Positions 11,063 to 20,550 of a stretch of 64,000 nt of DNA are shown one piece after another. The DNA is from Candidatus Levyibacteriota bacterium. Lineage in GTDB: Bacteria; Patescibacteriota; Microgenomatia; Levybacterales; UBA12049. The translations under genes were made by a program, and so were the position numbers. The notes under the pieces are model-generated. The model had not been told where the DNA came from, made no database searches, and saw only the letters and a list, made by a program, of their open reading frames with translations. The DNA is taken from contig CAVRKE010000002.1 of the NCBI GenBank assembly GCA_963722305.1, positions 123,878 through 187,877 on the forward strand. Direction: 5' to 3'. The stretch's first letter is position 1. Every line of letters begins with the position of its first letter.

Positions 11063-11991
11063 ATGTGTATCCTATCCATTTGATTTCTAATTTCAATCAA
11101 TCCCTTATCAAAACTGGACATTTCAATTCCTAATTTACTTATTTTATCATTTTTAAGATAAAGACAAAAGGGTCTTGGTGCTTTCGCGGCAAAATATTCC
11201 CGGCGTGTAGTTTTAAAGACACATGTTTGATCTAAATCAAACACTTCGGCAATTCTTAAAGCCGCATCATACGGGTTTATTTTTTGGCTGCCAACCACGT
11301 GGAAAATCCCTCTCTGGTTTGTCCTGATTAAAATGTCTAAAGCATTAATAATGTCATCAATAAATGTCGGAACCATAATATGGTCTGTCACCATATTTAG
11401 TTTTTCACGCTTCTGAAGTTTCCCAATTAATCCTCTGACAAAATCGCTCCTTTCAAATAGTGCCCGGTAAGGGTAAGCAATTCGGGCGATAATATAATCT
11501 AAACCTGAGTTTTCCACTATTTTTTCTCCTTCGTATTTTGTTCTTGCATACCAATTGATTGGATCCGGCTGGCTATTTTCTAAGTAGGAACTTTTTTTGC
11601 CGTCGAAAACAAAATCCGTGGATATATAAACTATTGTTTTATTTGTCTTTTGACAGGCTTCAATCACATTCTGTGTTCCAAAAACATTTACCCCCCAGGC
11701 TGTTTTTTCTTCTTTCCAAGCATCCTCTGCCTCCTCAGAATTTTTAAACTCTAATATTTCCTTATCCCTTTCCTTATCGCTTTCGCAGCCGTCAACATTA
11801 GCCTTAGCAGCCATGTGAATTACTATGCTTGACTGCGAACCGGAGATTTTATTGAAGACTGCCTGCTTATCAAGAATGTCTATGCCATTATCTAAACTGA
11901 TGTGCTCAAATTCATAAACCTCATTCAACAGTTCCGTAAACCGTGAACCGACCAAGCCGGTCAAACCTGTTCCAAGAATTTTTGTTTTCAT
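11059..11991 (-). CDS. rfbD: dTDP-4-dehydrorhamnose reductase
   Basis: RmlD-like (ISTDFVFDG, ARTKYEGE). Confidence 0.75.
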   Translation of the reverse strand: MKTKILGTGLTGLVGSRFTELLNEVYEFEHISLDNGIDILDKQAVFNKISGSQSSIVIHMAAKANVDGCESDKERDKEILEFKNSEEAEDAWKEEKTAWGVNVFGTQNVIEACQKTNKTIVYISTDFVFDGKKSSYLENSQPDPINWYARTKYEGEKIVENSGLDYIIARIAYPYRALFERSDFVRGLIGKLQKREKLNMVTDHIMVPTFIDDIINALDILIRTNQRGIFHVVGSQKINPYDAALRIAEVFDLDQTCVFKTTRREYFAAKAPRPFCLYLKNDKISKLGIEMSSFDKGLIEIRNQMDRIHI

Positions 11992-11996
11992 ATTTT

Positions 11997-12479
11997 TTAC
12001 ACTTTTCCAATTACTGGAGTTTCAAATTTTTCTCTAAGGTACCTCAAATAAAGCTGAATGTCCTCATAGTGATCAAAAGCAAAATCTTCCTTAAGTGGTA
12101 ATTTATCTAAATCAAACCATGTTACCTCAGTCGATTCCCAATCTTTTTCTCCGCTCTTACCAATAACTTCTGCAACGTAAACAAAAGAAACGTTTTGTCT
12201 ATCTTCAGCCGGTCTATCCGGATTATCAGCAATTCTTAAAAGAAGAGTTGGTTTAATATCATAACCTGTTTCCTCTTTTACTTCTCTAACGCAAGCGTCT
12301 TTTGTATTTTCGCGGCGTTCAACAAATCCGCCAATGATTGCATATTTTCCGCCATTTGTAAGCTGGGGTGCTCTTTTGACCAAGAGGATTTTGTGTTGAT
12401 CAACAACTAAAATATCTACTACAACATGTCTTAATCCGCGATTTGCTTTATTGCCGTTTTCAAAAATGCACTCAATCAT
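11997..12479 (-). CDS. NUDIX hydrolase
   Basis: Nudix box GGFVERRENTKDACVREVKEETG. Confidence 0.7.
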   Translation of the reverse strand: MIECIFENGNKANRGLRHVVVDILVVDQHKILLVKRAPQLTNGGKYAIIGGFVERRENTKDACVREVKEETGYDIKPTLLLRIADNPDRPAEDRQNVSFVYVAEVIGKSGEKDWESTEVTWFDLDKLPLKEDFAFDHYEDIQLYLRYLREKFETPVIGKV

Positions 12480-13489
12480 TTGCCGTATTGTTTTTGGTAG
12501 TAGTCTTTATATTCTCCGTTTTTAACATTTTTCCACCAATCGGCATTCTCCCGGTACCACTGAACAGTTTTGGCAAGCCATTCGTCAAATCCGTGCAGCG
12601 GCTGCCAACCAAGTTCATTTTTTATTTTTGACCAATCGATAGCGTATCTTCGGTCATGTCCCGGCCTGTCCTTAACGAATTCCAGATAATTTTCTGTTTT
12701 TCCAACCAGCTTAATAATTTTTTTAAGAATTTCAAGGTTACTCAAATCTTCGGTTAAGCCGCCTACGCAGTAGGTTTCACCAACTTTACCTTTTTGCAAA
12801 ATAGTCTCAATTGCCCGGCAATGGTCTTCTACATACAACCAATCTCTAACGTAAAGTCCGTCTCCATATACCGGTACTTTTTTATCTTCTAAAAAATTTG
12901 TTATTGCCAATGCAATAAGTTTTTCCGGAAATTGGTATGGGCCAAAATTATTTGAACAGTTAGAAATAGTCACCGGTAAACCGTAGGTATAAAAATAGGC
13001 TCTTACTAAATGGTCTGAGCCGGCTTTACTGGCTGAATAAGGGCTTCTGGGGTTATAAATTGTTCGTTCATTAAAAATGTTCTTATCTTCAAGATTAAGG
13101 CTTCCAAACACCTCATCCGTTGAGATATGATGGAACCGCTTTACTTTATTTTCAACTGCTGCATCCAGAAGAACTTGTGTCCCTAAAACGTTAGTTTTAA
13201 CAAAATTACTGGGATCTATAATGCTTCTGTCCACGTGTGATTCGGCGGCGAAATGAACAACCGTATCAACGCTTTCCGACATTACTTGCTGAACAATTTT
13301 CGGGTCACAAATATCTCCCTGAACGAATTTATAATTCGGATTGTCCTGAACGCTTTTTAGATTTTCCAGATTTCCGGCATAAGTCAGTTTATCGAAATTG
13401 ACAACTGAGTCCTCCGGATGGTTTTTCAACCAATAAATAATAAAATTTGAGCCGATAAACCCGGCTCCACCTGTTACTAAAAGTTTCAT
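12476..13489 (-). CDS. rfbB: dTDP-glucose 4,6-dehydratase
   Basis: MKLLVTGGAGFIGSNF and a canonical RmlB layout. Confidence 0.9.
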   Translation of the reverse strand: MKLLVTGGAGFIGSNFIIYWLKNHPEDSVVNFDKLTYAGNLENLKSVQDNPNYKFVQGDICDPKIVQQVMSESVDTVVHFAAESHVDRSIIDPSNFVKTNVLGTQVLLDAAVENKVKRFHHISTDEVFGSLNLEDKNIFNERTIYNPRSPYSASKAGSDHLVRAYFYTYGLPVTISNCSNNFGPYQFPEKLIALAITNFLEDKKVPVYGDGLYVRDWLYVEDHCRAIETILQKGKVGETYCVGGLTEDLSNLEILKKIIKLVGKTENYLEFVKDRPGHDRRYAIDWSKIKNELGWQPLHGFDEWLAKTVQWYRENADWWKNVKNGEYKDYYQKQYGK

Positions 13490-14229
13490 TATTTCAATTC
13501 TCCCTGTCGCACTTTCTCTGCAACCAAATTATTTGCTCTAAGTAACTCGTCGAAAGAAGTGCCTGCATCTATCCACCAATCAATCAATGAACAAGTCATT
13601 GTCCCCTCCCTTACATAAAAATTGTTTAAGTCCGTTACTTCTAGTTCGCCTCTTGCCGAAGGCGTGAGATTTTTGATGAATTGAAAAACCCTTTTATCAT
13701 ACATATATACACCTGTTTGGGCGATATCCGACTTTGGATGTTCCGGCTTTTCCTCAATAGAAATTACTTTCCCATTTTTATCCATTTCTATCACGCCATA
13801 CTGTCCCGATTCGGTTGGCATCTTTATTCCAAAGACCATCGCTCCTTTATCTCTCTTTTCAAATTCTTCAACTGCACTTTTTAAGTCAAATCCAAAAATG
13901 TTATCACCGAGAACTACTAAAATGTTTTCGTCCTTAGTAAAATCCTCCGCCAGCATAATTGCATCGGATATACCGCCTTTGGGATTTTCCTGAACAGCAT
14001 AATATAGCCTAAGACCAAAGCTTTCTCCCGTCCCGAGTAAGTTTTCGAAATGTCCTGCGTGGTCTGGTGAGCTGGTTAATAAAACTTCTTTTATGCCTGC
14101 TCTTGCCATTGCCTCAACCGGGAAATAAATCATCGGCTTATGGTAAATTGGCAACAAATGCTTATTGGTAACCGAAGTTAAAGGTCGAAGTCTGGTGGCT
14201 AACCCCCCCGCTAAAATCATTCCTTTCAT
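13489..14229 (-). CDS. rfbA: Glucose-1-phosphate thymidylyltransferase-like nucleotidyltransferase (short form)
   Basis: GMILAGGLATRLRPLT sugar-nucleotidyltransferase motif. Confidence 0.7.
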   Translation of the reverse strand: MKGMILAGGLATRLRPLTSVTNKHLLPIYHKPMIYFPVEAMARAGIKEVLLTSSPDHAGHFENLLGTGESFGLRLYYAVQENPKGGISDAIMLAEDFTKDENILVVLGDNIFGFDLKSAVEEFEKRDKGAMVFGIKMPTESGQYGVIEMDKNGKVISIEEKPEHPKSDIAQTGVYMYDKRVFQFIKNLTPSARGELEVTDLNNFYVREGTMTCSLIDWWIDAGTSFDELLRANNLVAEKVRQGELK

Positions 14230-14498
14230 ATTAATCCTCCCGAGAGCATAAAGAATAAAATTGCTACTCCTAATGCTCCAATAAGAACATATTCTACCAC
14301 AATCCTTAAGGTCAATTCATGATTTATCAGGTGGTGCAATATTCCCCAAAGAACGTAAAAAATTACCATTACCAAAATTACTAAAGTTTGTAAAACAATG
14401 TTGGGCCTCGTGAGAATTATTAAAATCAGACCCAAAACTAATATGCTAATGAGCGAGAAATAATATGCCAAGTGGTTTTTCAGCTTTTCAAACATCAA
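14226..14498 (-). CDS. Small two-TM membrane protein (hypothetical)
   Basis: 90 aa with two hydrophobic helices. Overlaps rfbA by 4 nt. Confidence 0.4.
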   Translation of the reverse strand: MMFEKLKNHLAYYFSLISILVLGLILIILTRPNIVLQTLVILVMVIFYVLWGILHHLINHELTLRIVVEYVLIGALGVAILFFMLSGGLI

Positions 14499-15445
14499 AC
14501 AATCACTCCTTTCACCAAGATTAGAACAATAATCAGTATTAGGCTAAAGAAGATAACGTGGTCAAGATTGTGTCCGACGAAACGGACTATTTTTCTTCTT
14601 TCAATGATAACCATATCTAAAATTAGTACGGCGATGAATGCAAAAAGCACAATTTCGGTCAAAGTCAAGGAAAAGTTCTGGCTATCAATCAACGGCTTTA
14701 TGATTGGTAAAGAATTTATCCCTAACAACTCTTGGGTAACCGGTTTGGTTGCGGTTTGAACTTTAGGAACAGCAGGTGAGTTAGCGTTAGTATTGGCGTT
14801 AGTGACTGCCAATTTAACGGCTGGTGAACCAACAGCTACAGCCGCGATTGGCTGGCTTTTTGCTTCGGCTACAACCGGTGCTATACTTGTACTACCAAGC
14901 ATCTCGACGACCAAAACCGTATCTTCTCCGCTAAGCTTACCAGTTGCAACCGCAAATCCGACGTTTTGGTAATTTGGCGATAACACATTTTGCCGGTGCT
15001 CGGGGCTATTCATCCAGGCAGTAATTACGTCCTGCGCACTGGTAAATCCTCTGGCCAGATTTTCTCCGGCGTAAATGTAGTTATAGCCGGCAGCCTTAAT
15101 AAACACCCAGGGAGTTGTTCCGTCCGGCGCGTTATGCGCCCAGTAATCTTTAGCAAACATATCCGCCGCTTTATTGGCAGCTGCCTGGTCAAGCTCCCCG
15201 TTATCTGTTAGAGATGGCAAATTATTGTTTTGTCTTTGCTGGTTGGTAAGGATTAATAGCTGTTGATTGGTTATATCGGCAAAAGTACCAAGAACTGAAG
15301 GGAAGTTTGTTCGGGCAAAAGACAAAAGCAGTCCTGCGGAAAAAAAGAATAAAGTAAAGGCGAGTAAAAATTTGTGCGAAAGTATGGCGGGCCGGAAATT
15401 ATTTTTTTCCCTTGGCAAAAAAAGATGGTGCAGAAAATTTTTCAT
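14495..15445 (-). CDS. CAP/SCP (YkwD-like) domain membrane-anchored protein
   Basis: CAP signature (HNAPDG...GENLA...AWMNSPEHRQN) with N- and C-terminal TM segments. Confidence 0.65.
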   Translation of the reverse strand: MKNFLHHLFLPREKNNFRPAILSHKFLLAFTLFFFSAGLLLSFARTNFPSVLGTFADITNQQLLILTNQQRQNNNLPSLTDNGELDQAAANKAADMFAKDYWAHNAPDGTTPWVFIKAAGYNYIYAGENLARGFTSAQDVITAWMNSPEHRQNVLSPNYQNVGFAVATGKLSGEDTVLVVEMLGSTSIAPVVAEAKSQPIAAVAVGSPAVKLAVTNANTNANSPAVPKVQTATKPVTQELLGINSLPIIKPLIDSQNFSLTLTEIVLFAFIAVLILDMVIIERRKIVRFVGHNLDHVIFFSLILIIVLILVKGVIV

Positions 15446-15450
15446 AAGCC

Positions 15451-15771
15451 TTATTCATTATATACTGGTTCTTCCAATTCGCCAATGTTTTTCCCGTTTA
15501 CCGGAATTTTTAGCAAAAACCCCAAAGCGTTAGCAATTGAGACTCCCACTCTTAAACCCGTGAATGACCCTGGCCCTTTATTGACTCTAATTTCGCTTAT
15601 TTCATGAATATCTATTTTTCTTTGTTTAAGCAGTTTATCTATAGTTGGCAGTGCCAGCTCGGAACGAAAAAGTGTTGAATCTTCTGTTAGCTTACTTTTT
15701 TCTCCGTTAACCTCAACCCAAACCGTTATTTTTTTATTATCGGAAGTATCTATCGTCAAGATTTTAGCCAT
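15451..15771 (-). CDS. tsaB: tRNA t6A biosynthesis protein TsaB (truncated, N-terminal domain only)
   Basis: GPGSFTGLRVGVSIA motif. 106 aa. Confidence 0.65.
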   Translation of the reverse strand: MAKILTIDTSDNKKITVWVEVNGEKSKLTEDSTLFRSELALPTIDKLLKQRKIDIHEISEIRVNKGPGSFTGLRVGVSIANALGFLLKIPVNGKNIGELEEPVYNE

Positions 15772-15773
15772 AG

Positions 15774-16355
15774 TTATATCTTAAACTTTATTGCTCCCTG
15801 ACGCAAAATGACCCAAGGGATTTTAGTACAATCAATGACCGTTGAGGAACTTTTTAACGCACATTCACCTCGAACAACATAATCAACCAATGGAACTAAC
15901 TCTTTATTTAAATCCTTGAATTCGTAGGGAGTATTCTCTCCATGAAAATTTGCCGACGGACCTAAAATCGGTACGCCAACTTTTTTGATAATCTCTAATA
16001 CTACCGCCTGGTTTGGCATTCTTAGTCCGACTGTTTCTCCGCCTCCACGAACCAGCGAGGAAACCCTTTCTTTTTTGGCTTTCAAGACGATTGTCAACGC
16101 CCCCGGCCAATAAGGAATAATCAGTTTTTGCACGACGTCTTCCGGAATTTCTTCCAGATACTCTTTTGCCATTTCAATATCCGAAACAAGCACCGGAACA
16201 GCCTGAGACTGCGGTCTTTTTCTAATTTTGAACAATCGCTGAACTGCCCTTTCGTTATCTATCCTGCAGCCTATCCCAAAAGCGGTATCGGTCGGAAAAA
16301 TTACAATTCCGCCCTGGTTTAGAATCTTGACGGCTTCTTCAATTTGATTATCCAT
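15774..16355 (-). CDS. tsaC: L-threonylcarbamoyladenylate synthase
   Basis: YrdC/Sua5 motifs PTDTAFGIG and GPSANFHG. Confidence 0.85.
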   Translation of the reverse strand: MDNQIEEAVKILNQGGIVIFPTDTAFGIGCRIDNERAVQRLFKIRKRPQSQAVPVLVSDIEMAKEYLEEIPEDVVQKLIIPYWPGALTIVLKAKKERVSSLVRGGGETVGLRMPNQAVVLEIIKKVGVPILGPSANFHGENTPYEFKDLNKELVPLVDYVVRGECALKSSSTVIDCTKIPWVILRQGAIKFKI

Positions 16356-16367
16356 AATAATTAGAAA

Positions 16368-16814
16368 TTAGAAATTTTTGATTGTTATCTTTCTCTCATT
16401 ATCTTCCATATATTCACAATGAACATCGATTCTTTTTTTAGGCAGCATTTCTCCCATTTTCTCTGCCCACTCCAGGGCAATAACATTTTCCTGGTTATTG
16501 ATAATCTGGTCCAAACCTATTCCCAATAAATCATGTTTACTTTCGGTTCGATACAAATCTACATGGTAAAAGGATTTGGGACTGGGGATTTGGGACTGGG
16601 GATTTATTACATAATGCCTAACTATGATAAAAGTGGGTGAAATAATTCTATGAACAATGCCTAAGCCTTTGGCCAACCCTTGAATAAAAGTGGTCTTACC
16701 GCTGCCTAAGTCTCCGTAAAAAGCCACAAAATCTCCACCCTTTAACTTTCGGGCAAGTTCTTGTCCTAATTTTTTGGTTTCCTCACTTGAATTGGTAATA
16801 TATTCCTCATTCAT
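16368..16814 (-). CDS. tsaE: tRNA t6A biosynthesis ATPase TsaE
   Basis: Walker A GDLGSGKTTF and HVDLYR. Confidence 0.85.
   Translation of the reverse strand: MNEEYITNSSEETKKLGQELARKLKGGDFVAFYGDLGSGKTTFIQGLAKGLGIVHRIISPTFIIVRHYVINPQSQIPSPKSFYHVDLYRTESKHDLLGIGLDQIINNQENVIALEWAEKMGEMLPKKRIDVHCEYMEDNERKITIKNF
16572..16605. repeat. 14-nt tandem repeat (ggatttgggactgg x2.4) inside tsaE
   Basis: Direct repeat visible in the sequence. Encodes NPQSQIPSPKS, which looks inserted. Confidence 0.7.
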
Positions 16815-17592
16815 GCCGATATTTGTTGATTAATTTTAATATATAAGGATAGAAAAATACTATAGCACAAGCCCCAAGAAATACAACTCCGATGAGGATA
16901 AGCATTTTGGCCATCACGTTGCTGGCTTTGGCCGAAAAGGTTTCGATTTTTTCGGGTTTTGGAGTGGGAATTTGCAATTGTCCACTATCACTGCTTTCAC
17001 CAAGTACGGCTGAATTAGTTGAAGATATTATCGGTGTTACCGGTAGTGTGGGTTTTATGGTCGGAGTTGCAGTTGGTTTAAGAGTTGGTGTTGGTGTATT
17101 GGTCGGGGTTGGCTTTTGGGTCGGGGTTGGCGTGTTGGTTGGTGCGGTTGTAGGGGTTGGCGTTGGCCCGGAAATGGCAACAGTTGTTTCCGAAGACCAC
17201 AAGGGAGAACTGCAACTTGAAGTATAGCGGCCGACTTTAAATAAATATTCTCCCGGCCCGTTATAATAGGTACTGGCAATATCGGGCTTAAAACTTAATT
17301 TTCCGCTCCAACTACCTAAAGGGTTCAAATCGGCTTGCGCAATTTTAAAAAACGTCGTGCAATTTCCTCCGGACGCATTGCTCCAATTTCCGCTGTTGTC
17401 CTCGGTGTATCCAAAATAACTGCTGCCGCTTGGGTAAAACACGCCCCGAAGGTATGAGTCGCTGGTGCAGCCGGGACAGGCAAAATTGACGTCAACCTGA
17501 AACTCTTGGGCCCCATCAATCGTTGCGGGAACATTGTCTATGGACAGCGACATTGCGGCAAAAATACTTCCCGGGCAAAGCAGGCCTAACAA
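16807..17592 (-). CDS. Secreted/surface protein with a Pro/Thr-rich linker and a C-terminal TM anchor
   Basis: Signal-like N-terminus, a (PTPT)n linker, a C-terminal hydrophobic anchor. The start is uncertain: the ORF track uses TTG. Confidence 0.5.
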   Translation of the reverse strand: MLGLLCPGSIFAAMSLSIDNVPATIDGAQEFQVDVNFACPGCTSDSYLRGVFYPSGSSYFGYTEDNSGNWSNASGGNCTTFFKIAQADLNPLGSWSGKLSFKPDIASTYYNGPGEYLFKVGRYTSSCSSPLWSSETTVAISGPTPTPTTAPTNTPTPTQKPTPTNTPTPTLKPTATPTIKPTLPVTPIISSTNSAVLGESSDSGQLQIPTPKPEKIETFSAKASNVMAKMLILIGVVFLGACAIVFFYPYILKLINKYRHE

Positions 17593-17640
17593 TAAAACAA
17601 GATAAATAATTAGGGCAAATCTTTTTATCTTAAGTTTTAG

Positions 17641-18897
17641 CTACATTGAAACTTGATCTATTTCAAAAATACTCGAAGTTGAATAATGATCCGTAAAGGA
17701 GATGTCTTTACCGCTTTCGATAAACGGATCATCCATTACATAATTTCCGCCGGAGCCACTTTTAATTACCACAAAATGCGTTCCTCCGTAAGCATACATA
17801 CCGACTATCACCGGTCCGTTTTGCAAGGCAGCATTCAAAGACGAAACAGTGTTTCTGGAAATATTAACACCCTTAACGCTAATCGTATATCTAAGCATGG
17901 CCGTGTCGACAGCAAAATTACTGCCTGAAGAAACGGCGATATCGGACGGCAAGATATCTCGATGGCCCATATGACTAGCTACCATGGCGACTGAAGTTAT
18001 CAAGCATCCATATCCGGCCATCGAATATCCGGACTGTCCGTTAATCAAAATGTTTCCCCATTGAGAATCCCTTTGGTTGTAATAGCAACCCCAATCGTCG
18101 CAACTGGTCTGGTTGGAGAGTATCGAAGCTCCGCCCTGACTGGTAACAAATCTTGAGAACCCTGCCAATTCGGCTACGGCCTGATTATATTCTTGCTCCG
18201 CTGATGCCTCGTTCTCCTGTACTTGGGACAATAAATCCTGTTGAGCCTGTTTTTGCTGGGCCAGTTGGTCATTGTAAACTTTAAGCTGCTGCTGTAACTG
18301 TTCAACCTGTTGTTTTTCATTTTCCAAAATATTTTTCTGGTTGGTGTAATCAACTTTCGCTTGTTGGGTATCATAAATTAATTGTTTATCATGCTCTTGA
18401 GCCAGCTTTAGATAATTAAGCCTGGTAAAAAAATCGGACGCGGTAGTGGAGGTTAGCAATATTTCCACCGGCTGGATTGTACCCACTTCATAAGTTGCCA
18501 CAATCCGGTTGATAAGAACGGCTATTGATGTCTCTAAAGCATTTTGCAGATTAGTTATTTTTTTTATAGCGGTATCAATGTCCAAGGTTATACTGGTAAT
18601 TTGTTCCTGCGTTGCTTCTATTCGCGCTTGAGTTAGATTTATTTGACTTTGCATTAAGTCAATTTTTTCTTGCAGAGTATCGGCCTGACCGCTTAGTCCG
18701 TTTATCTTGTTCTGCATGTAGGTGGGACAATCGGCAACGCTGATATTATTATTTGCACAATCCGGGATATCGCTGGTTGCAGATGATGCATTAGCGGTTG
18801 GGGTTGGAGTTGTTTGGGAATAAACCAAATGCCTAGCAAGAACTAAAAATACAACCGCCAATAAAAAAATTACTATTTTCTTTAGTCTTAAATTCAT
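17641..18897 (-). CDS. Secreted coiled-coil protein with a C-terminal papain-like (Peptidase_C39_2-like) domain; a PcsB/CwlO-type FtsEX-coupled hydrolase candidate
   Basis: Signal peptide, a long Q/E-rich coiled coil, and a C-terminal GYGCLITSVAMVASHMGH Cys-His motif. Lies immediately downstream of ftsEX. Confidence 0.55.
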   Translation of the reverse strand: MNLRLKKIVIFLLAVVFLVLARHLVYSQTTPTPTANASSATSDIPDCANNNISVADCPTYMQNKINGLSGQADTLQEKIDLMQSQINLTQARIEATQEQITSITLDIDTAIKKITNLQNALETSIAVLINRIVATYEVGTIQPVEILLTSTTASDFFTRLNYLKLAQEHDKQLIYDTQQAKVDYTNQKNILENEKQQVEQLQQQLKVYNDQLAQQKQAQQDLLSQVQENEASAEQEYNQAVAELAGFSRFVTSQGGASILSNQTSCDDWGCYYNQRDSQWGNILINGQSGYSMAGYGCLITSVAMVASHMGHRDILPSDIAVSSGSNFAVDTAMLRYTISVKGVNISRNTVSSLNAALQNGPVIVGMYAYGGTHFVVIKSGSGGNYVMDDPFIESGKDISFTDHYSTSSIFEIDQVSM

Positions 18898-18924
18898 AAG
18901 TCATACATTTTGAATTTATAAATT

Positions 18925-19791
18925 CTATTTAAGATATCTTAGAACCGCTAAAAAGCTTGAGACAATACCCAAAAATACCGCAAATAAAACTTCCAGGCCA
19001 AGCAATAACAGAAGCGAAAAGTAAGAAACCGGCAAAACCGGAATTCCTTTTAAGAATGACTCCAAAAACGGCGAGGCATACAATAGTCCGGCAGTGGCAA
19101 TTAGCCAACCGATGACCGAACCAACAACCCCATAAAAGACTCCCTCATATATAAACGGCCAGCGGATATACCAATTTGTTGCTCCAATCAGTTTCATGAT
19201 TTCGATATCTTCTTTTTTCTGGGAAATTTTTACTCCGATTATTGTTACCATAATAAAGATGGAAACCAAAGACAAAAGGACAATTAAAACTATGCCAATT
19301 TTTCTTATCGCACCTGTCCATGCGCTTAGGGTGGAAACAACGTCTTTTTGGTAAACAACATCCGACACTAGCGGTGACTTTGTGAGCATATTGGAGATAT
19401 TTCCTAAATCTTCTATCTTAATCGTGGAGATTTCAAATGACGAAGGTAAAACGTCGGCGGTAACCAAATCCAAAAGCAGCGGGTCATTCTTATTTTGTTC
19501 TCTGTAAATTTTGAGGGCATCCTCTTTTGAAACAAATTTAATTGAGGCAACCTTACCGGTTGCTTTTAACTGATTTCCTAAAGCATCAATGTCCGCCTGT
19601 TTTGCCTCGTTTTTGAAAAAGGCTGTCACCTGAGGTTTTGACTCAAAATAATTGATTATTGTTGACGATCCGGCCAAAAGGAAGACAAAAAAGGATACTG
19701 CCAAAAAAGTTAAAGTCATGATTAGAATTGCCGCCAACGCCTGATACGGCGACCTTCGAATATTTTTCCAGGCAGTTTTAGTAATGTTCAT
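18925..19791 (-). CDS. ftsX: Cell division protein FtsX
   Basis: Four-TM permease-like topology with a large periplasmic loop. Confidence 0.85.
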   Translation of the reverse strand: MNITKTAWKNIRRSPYQALAAILIMTLTFLAVSFFVFLLAGSSTIINYFESKPQVTAFFKNEAKQADIDALGNQLKATGKVASIKFVSKEDALKIYREQNKNDPLLLDLVTADVLPSSFEISTIKIEDLGNISNMLTKSPLVSDVVYQKDVVSTLSAWTGAIRKIGIVLIVLLSLVSIFIMVTIIGVKISQKKEDIEIMKLIGATNWYIRWPFIYEGVFYGVVGSVIGWLIATAGLLYASPFLESFLKGIPVLPVSYFSLLLLLGLEVLFAVFLGIVSSFLAVLRYLK

Positions 19792-19808
19792 AGATTCGAT
19801 TCCTCACT

Positions 19809-19837
19809 ATGACCTTGAGCAATGTCGAACAGGTCAT
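19809..19837 (-). promoter_or_regulatory. Conserved intercistronic hairpin E2 (stem ATGACCT/AGGTCAT, loop TGAGCAATGTCGAAC) between ftsE and ftsX
   Basis: Same loop as E1, with two compensatory base-pair changes in the stem. The ftsE TGA lies in the stem. The spacer 19792-19837 is near-identical to 1172-1218. Confidence 0.6.
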
Positions 19838-20550
19838 TTCTTTTCCCCTCCCCTGTCCTCCGAAGCCGCCAATTTGGCGTGCGAAGGAGGATTTTCATCT
19901 TTGATAATCTTCCCCTTTTCAATATGAACTACTCTTTTCCCCAAGCTTTTCACAATATCTGTATTGTGGGTAGCCATCACCACGGTTGTTCCCTTTTTGT
20001 TGATATCCGACAGAAGTTTTACTATTTCCCATGAAGTTGCCGCATCTAAGTTACCCGTTGGCTCATCTGCCAAAAGTATTTCGGGGGACAAAACCAAAGC
20101 TCTGGCTATGGCCGCTCTTTGCAGCTCTCCCCCCGAAAGCTGCACGGGAAATTTATCTTTGTGTTCCGAAAGCCCAACTTGAGCTAAAATTTCTTCGACT
20201 GTCTTCGTGGCCTGGTCCAGTTTCACTCCGGCCACTTCTAAAGGCAACACAACATTCTCAAAAACAGTTCTGTCTAAAAGAAGCTTTAAATCCTGGAAGA
20301 CAAAGCCGACCTTTTTCCTTAAGCTGGAAATTTTATTTTTAGGAAGCTTAACCACATCCCAATCATTAACAATTACGTTTCCTTCCGTCGGCAAAATATC
20401 CCTTATCAAAAGCCTAAAAATTGTGGTTTTTCCGGCACCCGTCGAACCAACTAAAAAAACAAACTCTCCTTTTCCAATATCGAGAGAAACTTCAGAGAGG
20501 CCAAATGTACCTGTCCCGAATTTCTTGGAAACTTTATCAAGTTTTATCAT
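19834..20550 (-). CDS. ftsE: Cell division ATP-binding protein FtsE
   Basis: ABC ATPase with Walker A GSTGAGKTT, LSGGELQR and Walker B. Confidence 0.9.
   Translation of the reverse strand: MIKLDKVSKKFGTGTFGLSEVSLDIGKGEFVFLVGSTGAGKTTIFRLLIRDILPTEGNVIVNDWDVVKLPKNKISSLRKKVGFVFQDLKLLLDRTVFENVVLPLEVAGVKLDQATKTVEEILAQVGLSEHKDKFPVQLSGGELQRAAIARALVLSPEILLADEPTGNLDAATSWEIVKLLSDINKKGTTVVMATHNTDIVKSLGKRVVHIEKGKIIKDENPPSHAKLAASEDRGGEKK

Noticed and set aside
16892-17279. 111-aa and 74-aa ORFs antisense to the PT-rich linker
   Set aside because: They mirror the low-complexity (PTPT)n coding repeat (GVGVG on the other strand). This is an artefact of repeat symmetry.
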